A stretch of 34,293 nucleotides of DNA from a virus. Its lineage: Duplodnaviria > Caudoviricetes. The notes under the pieces are model-generated. The model searched no databases and was not told where the DNA came from. It saw only the letters and a list, made by a program, of their open reading frames with translations. The DNA lies in the IMG/VR virus record IMGVR_UViG_3300031954_000037, positions 1-34,293 of that record. One strand, 5' to 3'. The translations under genes were made by a program, and so were the position numbers. Position 1 is the stretch's first letter; each line of letters opens with the position of its first letter. Of this stretch, positions 1 to 7,828 are shown one piece after another.

Positions 1-176
1 GGATCAGGCGCCACATCGGGCGCCTGGGAGGGTCGTAGGCGGGCCTCCGCGGCCCTGACGCGCGATTGAAAGGTCGTCCGCTGGACGCCCAAGGCACGGG
101 CCGCCGCGCGGATGCCTCCATACTCGCTCACGGCGCGGAGCGCCGCGGCGAGCTCTTCAGGAGAATGTGTCGACAT
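1..176 (-). CDS. 5' part of a protein with an N-terminal helix-turn-helix (runs off the left edge)
   Basis: Hand translation from ATG at 176: MSTHSPEELAAALRAVSEYGGIRAAARALGVQRTTFQSRVRAAE. IRAAARALGVxRTT is a Fis/psq-type HTH pattern. Starts just after the upstream TAA at 180-182. Not in the ORF track because it is truncated. Confidence 0.7.
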   Translation of the reverse strand, partial: MSTHSPEELAAALRAVSEYGGIRAAARALGVQRTTFQSRVRAAEARLRPSQAPDVAPD

Positions 177-179
177 GGA

Positions 180-590
180 TTACTCGACGTTGCCAATAAT
201 ATGTTCGTCATACATCGTGCGCGGCTCAGGCTTGGTGAGCTCGTGCAGATAGCCATGAGCGTTGAAAAGAACGCCGCATAGTGCATCGCAGATTTCTTGA
301 AATGTCTCGTCCAGCTCTTCGGATTCCATGGCACCCTCTAGCTGTTCGTGGAGCACCCAGACATGCATGAAATGGCGGAACATGGACCCGAGGAAGGATT
401 CTAGGGGCATGCCCTTCTTCCAGTTTTCCTCGCGGCGATGTACCTGGCTATTGTGTCGCCGGCAATAATCCGTCCATGCCTCTAGCGCGTATGGCGACAG
501 CACGGCGTGGTAGCGCAGCTTGCCTTCTTCGCTGTCCCGCCTGGCGCCCGTGGAAAATTCGCGACTATGGTTGTCCTTGGTATCTGACAT
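180..590 (-). CDS. dATP/dGTP diphosphohydrolase-like protein (DUF5664 family)
   Basis: Family motifs REFSTGARRD..EGKLRY, NWKKGMP, S.FRH and final helix LCGVLFNA. Confidence 0.8.
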   Translation of the reverse strand: MSDTKDNHSREFSTGARRDSEEGKLRYHAVLSPYALEAWTDYCRRHNSQVHRREENWKKGMPLESFLGSMFRHFMHVWVLHEQLEGAMESEELDETFQEICDALCGVLFNAHGYLHELTKPEPRTMYDEHIIGNVE

Positions 591-1032
591 GCCGACCTCG
601 ATATCCGTGGTAAACGGTGAGTGTGTAAATCGATGACATATGGATCAAACTAAACATCCCGCGCGGCAGCTGATCGGCGGTGATGAAGAATGGGCTTCTG
701 ACCACGCCGTCGGCATAGGCTCCATGCCATACGGCCATCCAAGCGCCAATCCCTGTGGTGAGCAGCAGCGCTTGCTGAGGCGCCAGGCAGAGCACCACCA
801 AGAGCGGATGCATGATGCGATCCGGGCTGAGAGTATAGGCCGCCGCGGCGGCCGAGAGGAGCATCACATACGCGATGTAGACAGCGTTCTGATTGGTTAA
901 CATCAAAAGAGCTGACATCCCCACGCTACCATTGGCAGCCGTAGTTGTGAGAAACATCGTCGCCTCTATTGCATGCAGCATGGCTGCATACATGATCACG
1001 ACCCAAGAGGTGACGGGCAGGGGGGATGGCAT
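565..1032 (-). CDS. Integral membrane protein with about 4 hydrophobic helices (holin/antiholin candidate)
   Basis: Start re-called at ATG 1032, which overlaps the upstream TGA (TGATG). Several long hydrophobic stretches and a basic C-terminus. Confidence 0.6.
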   Translation of the reverse strand: MPSPLPVTSWVVIMYAAMLHAIEATMFLTTTAANGSVGMSALLMLTNQNAVYIAYVMLLSAAAAAYTLSPDRIMHPLLVVLCLAPQQALLLTTGIGAWMAVWHGAYADGVVRSPFFITADQLPRGMFSLIHMSSIYTLTVYHGYRGRHVRYQGQP

Positions 1033-1298
1033 CAGTGCATCGGGCCGATATGGCCGCTCAGAATATTGCGCATCTGCCCGACGACGGTCAGGAGGGCCAC
1101 GATGGCGCCGCCGATCCATAAGGCTATGCGCACGGTCCATTTGCCGCGATCGGCGATCCGCTCGATTTCCTCAAATCGCGGGACAACGCCCTTGACATCG
1201 GTACTCTTGTCGCCCCATAGGGCGGCCTTGAGCTCCGCGACCTCGCGTTGCAACAAAGCAATCTCAGTGTCGGTGCCAGAGGTGCGTCTTTCCACCAT
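1032..1298 (-). CDS. Small coiled-coil protein with one transmembrane helix (holin-like)
   Basis: EIALLQREVAELKAAL heptads followed by IALWIGGAIVALLTVVG. Located after the tail genes. Start uncertain (1298, 1310 or 1316). Confidence 0.6.
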   Translation of the reverse strand: MVERRTSGTDTEIALLQREVAELKAALWGDKSTDVKGVVPRFEEIERIADRGKWTVRIALWIGGAIVALLTVVGQMRNILSGHIGPMH

Positions 1299-1417
1299 GG
1301 CAATGGCCATCCCCATGCTCGGATACGGTGGGCTGTAGCACGCCATCATGAGGGAAACCATTGACGCTATGTGCTATGTGCCTGATCTAGCTAGCACACA
1401 GATTCACAAGGGAGGGG

Positions 1418-1702
1418 TTATCCCGCTAAGATGAGGATCTGCGGACGTTTTCCAGACGCTACACGTATCTCGATATTGACGATATCGACGCGCACGGCGG
1501 GCGTGGTGAGGAATTCCAGCGGCACCACGCTCGTCGCGGTGATCTTGCTGGTGATGAATTCAATCGTGATCGCACCGGGGATGCCGGTGACGGTGAGTCC
1601 TGTGTGCGAGGTGACGGCGCCGATCAGCGGCGCCACGCGCGTTTTCTCGTCGGGCTGGTTGATGACTCCGCCGCCAAAGCCTGGGGCAACCAAATTACTC
1701 AT
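1418..1702 (-). CDS. Small virion-associated protein, paralogue of 15238..16071
   Basis: ATGA-coupled to the tail-tip gene. Shares APG[FW]GGGV-x9-VAP[LM]IGA with 15238..16071. Confidence 0.65.
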   Translation of the reverse strand: MSNLVAPGFGGGVINQPDEKTRVAPLIGAVTSHTGLTVTGIPGAITIEFITSKITATSVVPLEFLTTPAVRVDIVNIEIRVASGKRPQILILAG

Positions 1703-3018
1703 GATCTGGTGGCGCGCAGGGTGATGGCGACATCGGCCAGGGTCGCATCGGGCGACGCTGGATAGACGAATTCGAGGACATCGCCAGCGACCATGCTCTG
1801 CGCGGTGCCGCCGGTCGTGGCGAAGGTCGGAGTCGCGGACGAGGGGAAGGTCACGCTCCCGATCTGCGTGGTGACGCCGGCGTGGATGACGTTGACCGTC
1901 GTGATGGCGGTGGTCGTGCTGGCCGTCTTCGCGAGCCCGGAGCTGTTAGTGAAGTTCGCGGCGAAGGCGCTCGCTTCCGTGACGCTCAGTCGCGCGATCG
2001 CGGAGGATGACGGGACACCCGGCATGAATTGCGCATAGGGCAGCGGCGGCTGCTCGGCATCCCAGACGGAGGCGGCGCGTCGGAGCATCATGCCTTGTAC
2101 GGATGAGAAGTTGTAGTCGAGGAACGCCGACGCGGTCACGGCGCTTGGGCTGGCCGATACCGTGGTCGTGTTGGCGAGCAGATCCCCCGAGGCAATGTGC
2201 GTGAGATAGACGGTCCCGACGCCTGTGATCGGGCCGCCGCTGATGCCGCCGGCCGTGTCGACCTCTTTGACATAGGCAAAGGCGCCGATGCCCGACGGCG
2301 TAAAGCTATAGACCGCGCAGCTGGACAGATCCTCCAACCCGCCTTGGTATTCGTTAAAGCTCTGCAGCTTCAGATACAGGGTATGCCCGACATATGGCGG
2401 CGGTAGAACGAATCCGGATACCAGATCATCGAGCCGCGCGAACATGGAGCCGATCCCGTGCGATGTGCCCGTCGACCCATAGAGTCCGCGATACAAGGTC
2501 GTCAGATCGTAGGCATCCGCCAGCGTCAGGGTGGCGGTCTGATAGCTCAGATACTCCACGTTGGTATAGTCTGGATCACACACGATGCAGATGGTGCGGA
2601 AAGCGGCCGCATCCGCGGATGTGACGGTTTCGAGCTCAGCGTTGCTCTCGATCGTCGTGATCGAGAGGGTATGGGTGGTATCCGGATTCGCGCTCCCATA
2701 GGCCGGTAGTGCGGCGGTGAGCGCGCCCATGCGGCTCTGCCCGTGGATCACACCTTTGTAGATGTAGGTCACATTGTCGATGGACACATAGATGTTGGCG
2801 CCGCCCCAGATCGGGGAGAAGACTCCGCCCGGCCCAGCGCTGACGGCGATACCAAGATCGGCTTGCGCTGGCAGGCTCTCGGCCGCCAAGAGATCCGCCG
2901 ACGGCTCAAATAGCAGCGGGCGATTGACCGCGGGCGCCGGCGTCGCGGTGTTGTTATCCGTTGCCGCGATCGATTGCTGCTGGGTATAGTAATAAATCGT
3001 GCCGGCGCCGGTTGTCAT
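1699..3018 (-). CDS. Tail tip/host-specificity protein, C-terminal half with fibre-like extension
   Basis: Motifs PLLFEP, WGGANIYVSID, EYLSYQTATL, LYRGLYGS, FARLD, YLKLQSFN typical of GTA-like/J-like tip proteins. Ser/Thr/Ala-rich fibre segment and C-terminal GDVL..PASPDATLAD domain. Confidence 0.8.
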   Translation of the reverse strand: MTTGAGTIYYYTQQQSIAATDNNTATPAPAVNRPLLFEPSADLLAAESLPAQADLGIAVSAGPGGVFSPIWGGANIYVSIDNVTYIYKGVIHGQSRMGALTAALPAYGSANPDTTHTLSITTIESNAELETVTSADAAAFRTICIVCDPDYTNVEYLSYQTATLTLADAYDLTTLYRGLYGSTGTSHGIGSMFARLDDLVSGFVLPPPYVGHTLYLKLQSFNEYQGGLEDLSSCAVYSFTPSGIGAFAYVKEVDTAGGISGGPITGVGTVYLTHIASGDLLANTTTVSASPSAVTASAFLDYNFSSVQGMMLRRAASVWDAEQPPLPYAQFMPGVPSSSAIARLSVTEASAFAANFTNSSGLAKTASTTTAITTVNVIHAGVTTQIGSVTFPSSATPTFATTGGTAQSMVAGDVLEFVYPASPDATLADVAITLRATRS

Positions 3019-4403
3019 ACTTCCTCCGCCGTGATCGTGAGCAGCCCGTTGTCATCTTCTTCAATCGAGATCACGCGACACGTCATGCCATCTATCGATG
3101 TCGTGATGGGATCGTACACCTGGATGAAATCCATGGGATCGATCCAGGCATATTCCCATGTGGTTTTGAATGTCACGGTATCTTTGATGTACACATTCCG
3201 CTGGGCGCGCAGTGCCGCAGCAGTATAGGCATAGGCTGCCACAGTAAACACGTTGCTGGCAAGGTCTTCCTCGCGGCGCCCATACAGCTCCACCGCATTG
3301 TCTATACTGAATTCCTGAATGGCGTTATTATAGGAATTGGCGCGCTCTTGGTACGTGACACGCACCACATTGTAGGCTTGTGAGTTATCTTTGCGGGTGA
3401 TCACCAAGGGATCGGATTGATCCTCGGTCTGCAGAATGTTGGAGTCACCAAAGACGGCCACAATGTTGATGGGATTGACGAAATATAGCGGCGTGCCGCC
3501 GGACATCAGATTCGGATTGGTGCTGACGCTGCCGTCGTTGTAGGGGATGAAGTTGAGCGACTCCGCGTTCCAGACTGCCGCGGCATTGGTGCTGTCTAAG
3601 ATGCGTTGGACGATGGAGCTCGTCTGCTCGAAATCGGAAATCGCGAATGACAGCCCAAAGCCGGCCGCCTGGCACCAGGTCTGATAGGTATTGTCTCCGA
3701 TCGAAGGGTTGCTGGCGTTGGCGGTTGAGTAGATGTTTCCCGAGATGAGTCCGTTGGGGAAACCGGCACCATAGAATTGATTGGACAAGATGTCGGCCAG
3801 CACCTGCGCGCAATCGGCGTCTTCGGTCCCGCCGACCGGGTCGACCACTAAGTGGCACGTCCCCTGCAGAATGCCGGTGGCCACGATGTTGTGCTGCGGG
3901 ATGGTCCCGCTGCTATCCAGCATCAGATGGATGCCTAGCAGGTAGGAGGTATGGCGATAGGCGCGCGCCTGATCCGGATGCAGCGAATTGACGGTCGGAT
4001 CAGCGTTCTGGCTGCCGGAGCCACCATAGAAAGAGCCGAGCCCGCCATTGTTGGAGCTGTATTGATAGGTGTTCTGGTCTTGATACAGATAGAGCGGCGC
4101 GCCGCTTTGCTCCCCCTCGCCGATGGCGAGGATGACATTGGCATAATAGGTTGTGGTCGTCGTGCCGCCACCCCCGCCGCCCTTGCCGTGCGTGATGGCG
4201 CCTTTGCCGCCCCCGCCACCGCCACCGCCGGTGGTCGACTGCGTGCTGGTAAAATCATTGGCCCAAATGAGATTCACGGCGACCCGCGGCGAGCCATAGA
4301 TGATCGGCTTGCCCAGCACATTGACAGAGGTTTGGACCTGCAGCCCCGTGATCTGCGGGACAGCTGCGGCTGGCGGCTTCTGTTTCTTAAAGAGAAATCC
4401 CAT
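3015..4403 (-). CDS. Tail tip protein (GTA megatron/Phage-tail_3-like), N-terminal half
   Basis: LQVQTS...PIIYGSPRVAVNLIW, Gly-rich GGGKG, LAIGEG, LSNQFYGAGF, AYNVVRVTYQERANSYN, RVISIEEDDNGLLTITAEE. Confidence 0.85.
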   Translation of the reverse strand: MGFLFKKQKPPAAAVPQITGLQVQTSVNVLGKPIIYGSPRVAVNLIWANDFTSTQSTTGGGGGGGGKGAITHGKGGGGGGTTTTTYYANVILAIGEGEQSGAPLYLYQDQNTYQYSSNNGGLGSFYGGSGSQNADPTVNSLHPDQARAYRHTSYLLGIHLMLDSSGTIPQHNIVATGILQGTCHLVVDPVGGTEDADCAQVLADILSNQFYGAGFPNGLISGNIYSTANASNPSIGDNTYQTWCQAAGFGLSFAISDFEQTSSIVQRILDSTNAAAVWNAESLNFIPYNDGSVSTNPNLMSGGTPLYFVNPINIVAVFGDSNILQTEDQSDPLVITRKDNSQAYNVVRVTYQERANSYNNAIQEFSIDNAVELYGRREEDLASNVFTVAAYAYTAAALRAQRNVYIKDTVTFKTTWEYAWIDPMDFIQVYDPITTSIDGMTCRVISIEEDDNGLLTITAEEV

Positions 4404-4848
4404 GATCCACCCGCGGCCACGCCGAGAAGAAACGCTTGTCCAGTTTCCGCAAAATCATCGATCTCTGCATATCCTCGATGATCACCGGCAGCGGGCGCCG
4501 GACATGGATGATATTGGGCCAGCGATGCACAATGGCGCCGTGCGCGAAGCATTGACCGTATTTGAAGAGCACCACATCCGCGGTCTTCACCTCATCTTCT
4601 GGCCCCAGTTCTCGCCCCATCTGCATGACCCAGCCCATATATTTCTCGGCGGCCTGATGAATATGCCATTGCTCGGGATAGGGCCGCGGATCGAAGGGCG
4701 CCAGCACGCCGGCGTCTACAAAGCACCGCACGAGCAACATCCCACAATCTACGCCCGCATGCTTCACATCTGCGCCGGAACGGTATGGCGTACCTATCCA
4801 GCTCTCCGCCTCGCGGATCACAGCAGCTCTTTGCTCTTCCTCGGTCAT
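4387..4848 (-). CDS. NlpC/P60-family tail tip peptidase
   Basis: EAESWIGTPY, GVDCGML (catalytic Cys), HGAI and IIH. Sits between DUF2163 and the tip protein. Confidence 0.92.
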   Translation of the reverse strand: MTEEEQRAAVIREAESWIGTPYRSGADVKHAGVDCGMLLVRCFVDAGVLAPFDPRPYPEQWHIHQAAEKYMGWVMQMGRELGPEDEVKTADVVLFKYGQCFAHGAIVHRWPNIIHVRRPLPVIIEDMQRSMILRKLDKRFFSAWPRVDHGISL

Positions 4849-5765
4849 ACCGATAATGTCACTGGTGGGACAAATTCGAAGCCGCCGAAATTGTCGCTAT
4901 TGTTGAATTTCAAATGGCAGGTATTGAACGTTTTGGCGCAACCAGGATAGGCGGTAAAGCTGTCCCCGACGGCCGGTGGAGTGTACATGCCCATCGTGAA
5001 GAGTGTCGCGCTATCGTTATTGGCGATGTAGAACTGGGTGTTGTTGAGTGTGCCGCTCGTGAAGAGCAGGCGGCCCAGCGCGAAATAGGGCTGACCATCA
5101 GCCCCTGGTGTCATAGGTACGCCGCCGACCCATGGCACGAAATTTGCCAGGACTCCGGTGTCGACGGTGCCGCTGACGCCAAATGAGCTCTTGTTCAGCG
5201 TGCAACCCGGCTCAAAGAGCGCCCAATTGCATGAGCCCTGGTATGTGCGCCGCGGCAGATTGATGTCTAGCAGCTTCAGCGGCGATTTCACCTTCAGTTC
5301 TACCGTGGTGCGGCCGATCTTCAGGATCTCGCTGACCAGCCCATATGCCATGCGATAAACGGTGATCGGTGAGGCATTCACCACGTCGAGATACGGCGCC
5401 CCACCGCCAGTCGTTCCACCGCCGGCGGCCCACACCGCGCGATCGCGTTGTACCGTAGCGCCATCCAGCAAGCCTTGTGCGCACCCCTGCAGAAACAGCG
5501 CGCCAGTGAGCGTGTCAGTGGGCAGAGCGGTGATTTTGATATCCTGCTCGTCGACGTTGAGCCCGACTGACAGCTTCATTTTTAGACCAGCGATCCGCAG
5601 CGAGCCGGATTTGTACAGATGGCCATTCACCGTCAGATCCATATCGAAATCAGTAAAGCGATCCACTGCGCCGTTTTGCAGCGTGATCGTGTACAGCTCC
5701 GCTATGATCATTTCCTGATTTGCTTTCAGGATCGAGAGATATCCCATGGAGACAGAGCGACTCAT
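4845..5765 (-). CDS. Baseplate hub / tail tip protein (DUF2163 plus BR0599-like Cys domain)
   Basis: RFTDFDMDL N-terminus. Cys pattern SCNWALFEPGC ... YPGCAKTFNTC..KFNN..NFGGF.FVP. Start re-called at ATG 5765 (ATGA overlap). Confidence 0.9.
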   Translation of the reverse strand: MSRSVSMGYLSILKANQEMIIAELYTITLQNGAVDRFTDFDMDLTVNGHLYKSGSLRIAGLKMKLSVGLNVDEQDIKITALPTDTLTGALFLQGCAQGLLDGATVQRDRAVWAAGGGTTGGGAPYLDVVNASPITVYRMAYGLVSEILKIGRTTVELKVKSPLKLLDINLPRRTYQGSCNWALFEPGCTLNKSSFGVSGTVDTGVLANFVPWVGGVPMTPGADGQPYFALGRLLFTSGTLNNTQFYIANNDSATLFTMGMYTPPAVGDSFTAYPGCAKTFNTCHLKFNNSDNFGGFEFVPPVTLSV

Positions 5766-6421
5766 GGCTTCACCGATCGAAAGCGACATACTTTCAATTC
5801 CCAAAGATTCTTCAGGAATTGCGCATACTGCTGCTTCGGGTCAGTGAATCGGCAGCGGTAATAGAAGGAGAAATCCGCCGTCACCACCACTCCACTGCCT
5901 GGGGCCGTGGCAAATGAGAGGGTCTGGCCGGTGGCAGAGAAGCCGCTACTCTGAAAGACTCCATTAAGATACACAGCCAGCAAAGTGTTAAGGCCGCCAA
6001 TAGGATCGACACCCCAGTAATCTCCGGTGAAGTTGCGATACAATTTGATGATGGTGAAATCAGTCACCACCCCATTGCCATTCCCTATAAAGCCCGCCGC
6101 GCGCGAATTGTCATCGGGATGCGAGTAATAGAATTCGCCGTAATCCCCTTTGCATGCCATGAACAGCCCTTCGATCTGCTGCAGATCATATTGCCCAGCA
6201 AATGGCTGATAGATCACTTGATTGAGCGTCTGATCTCGCATGCCTTCATAGGTGAGCTCAAACTCCCACAGTGGAAATACGCTGCGAACAGCGCGTCTCT
6301 CGGCGCCATTGACGAAAGCCGCGGACATAGTCGACCAGGTCGGTCGCACCCTGACGGACCACGATTGAGAATCCAACGTGGGAAAGATTGGAGTCGGGGA
6401 GGGGAAATTAATGAAGCTCAT
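5762..6421 (-). CDS. Distal tail protein, DUF2460 family (copy 2)
   Basis: PTWST....NGAERR, WEFELTYE, GNGNGVVTDF, F.TAPGSGVVVTADFSFYYRCRF. Confidence 0.88.
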   Translation of the reverse strand: MSFINFPSPTPIFPTLDSQSWSVRVRPTWSTMSAAFVNGAERRAVRSVFPLWEFELTYEGMRDQTLNQVIYQPFAGQYDLQQIEGLFMACKGDYGEFYYSHPDDNSRAAGFIGNGNGVVTDFTIIKLYRNFTGDYWGVDPIGGLNTLLAVYLNGVFQSSGFSATGQTLSFATAPGSGVVVTADFSFYYRCRFTDPKQQYAQFLKNLWELKVCRFRSVKP

Positions 6422-6424
6422 GCG

Positions 6425-7828
6425 TCACCACGGTACATAGCACATTGGCGGTGTGCCTATCGCTGAGCCGATGTTGCCATTGGTCACAAGCAAGATCGAT
6501 GGATAGGTAGTGCCGGTGCGCACAATCTCTGACATGGCGGCATAATACGGGCCGGCATTGAGACCGGCGAAGCTCCACCCGCCGGCGTTGGTATTCGGGT
6601 TGGCAGTCGCATCAAAATTCCAAGTGTTGGGCGTCGACGTGAGGAACCATACGAGTTGCAGCGTGATATTCCAGCAGACATCAATGTATGGTGGGATGCC
6701 GCTGGGAAAGCCGGTATGCGAGCCGCTGCCATTGAGCCATAACCCCTGACCACCCAGAAATGGGCCGCCGATGCCCACGCTATCACTGCCGGGCCCACCC
6801 AACTGATAGGTGTTGCTGTTGGTCGGGGCAGAGCCGTTGACAAGCCCGACCAATTGCCAGATGAGAGGGATCATCCCACCTCCCGATGTTGCCTGGTATT
6901 CCACCCAATAGCGACCAGTGGTGTGTGTCGTGGAGGATCGCCACGTCGTGCTGGGATAACCCGTAAAAGCGCCGGCATTGTTCGGGAGCACGGTGCGATG
7001 GTCTGAGGAATATGTCTGCAGCCCGGTGGTACCGGCTGTGATATCCCACGTACCGCCAGAGGACATCGACAGCGTCCCGCAAGGCGGCGGTGGTGGCGGA
7101 GGTGGGGGGGGCGGCGGAGGTGGAGGTGGGCCTGGCGGCGGCGCGAATGGCGGAAATGTGAACACGTGAGGAAAGGTGGAGCGAAATTTTATGGATTTGG
7201 CTCCGTAGTAATTCTTGAAGAATTCCTCGTAATCGTGCTGATCTTCCGAAAAGAAACACAGATAATAGAAAGTGAAGTCAGCCGTCACCTGCACGCCAGA
7301 TCCTGGCGCAGAGGCAAAATTGATAAAGGCTCCGGTTCCGGCGCTGCCACTGTCAACGCTGTAGCCTGACATCTGCAACACGCCATTGAGATAGACGCGA
7401 AAGGCCGAGCCAAGGTCGACACCGCCTACTTCTTCGGTTGCGGCGACGCCCGAGATGCCGCCGATGGTCCGTACCACCGCAAACTTCTTGTTGGCGCCAT
7501 CGCCGACGCCGATGAGCTGGTTGGAGCGGCTGTTGTCGCTGGGATCGCTAAAGAAAAAGAGCCCGTAGCGGCCCGCCAATCCGAGAAAGGTGCTGAGTAG
7601 GGTGGTGAATTCGGTGTAACCCGCCAGCGGCGCCCATGGTGTGGCATTCAGGGTCTGATCCCGTAATCCCTCGAATGTGAGCTCGAATTCCCATTGCGAG
7701 GCGAGCCGCTGAGGATAGCGTACCTCGCGGCCCGACGGCGCGGTATGCACAATCGCCTGATAGGTCGGCGTTTTCGTGAACGGGAACCCGTAAGGCAGCG
7801 TGGGGAAAAGAGGAACCGCAAATGTCAT
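6425..7828 (-). CDS. Distal tail protein DUF2460 (copy 1) fused through a poly-Pro linker to a SPRY/B30.2-like beta-sandwich
   Basis: SGREVR, WEFELTFE, GVGDG, APGSGVQVTADFTFYYLC. Then a 16-Pro run. Then RSSTTHTTGRYWVE, IDVCWNI..QLVWF, ANPNTNAGG, GPYYAA. Confidence 0.82.
   Translation of the reverse strand: MTFAVPLFPTLPYGFPFTKTPTYQAIVHTAPSGREVRYPQRLASQWEFELTFEGLRDQTLNATPWAPLAGYTEFTTLLSTFLGLAGRYGLFFFSDPSDNSRSNQLIGVGDGANKKFAVVRTIGGISGVAATEEVGGVDLGSAFRVYLNGVLQMSGYSVDSGSAGTGAFINFASAPGSGVQVTADFTFYYLCFFSEDQHDYEEFFKNYYGAKSIKFRSTFPHVFTFPPFAPPPGPPPPPPPPPPPPPPPPCGTLSMSSGGTWDITAGTTGLQTYSSDHRTVLPNNAGAFTGYPSTTWRSSTTHTTGRYWVEYQATSGGGMIPLIWQLVGLVNGSAPTNSNTYQLGGPGSDSVGIGGPFLGGQGLWLNGSGSHTGFPSGIPPYIDVCWNITLQLVWFLTSTPNTWNFDATANPNTNAGGWSFAGLNAGPYYAAMSEIVRTGTTYPSILLVTNGNIGSAIGTPPMCYVPW
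7082..7144 (-). repeat. CCN codon repeat encoding APPPG followed by 16 prolines
   Basis: Read directly: GCG CCG CCG CCA GGC then 16 CCN codons using all four Pro codons. Confidence 0.95.

Noticed and set aside
180-590. Claim of a 2-aminoadenine (Z) genome
   Set aside because: DUF5664 alone is widespread; no purZ or related gene is visible in the window
4160-4235. Poly-Gly tracts in the tail tip gene
   Set aside because: A GGGKG-type segment is a normal feature near the N-terminus of GTA-like tip proteins
7104-7111. C8 run in the poly-Pro linker as a phase-variation switch
   Set aside because: Short, and expected within proline codons; no evidence of length variation
1699-7828. Window as a gene transfer agent cluster
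   Set aside because: Only the tail tip is GTA-like; the head module, long tape measure and many accessory genes fit a genuine phage
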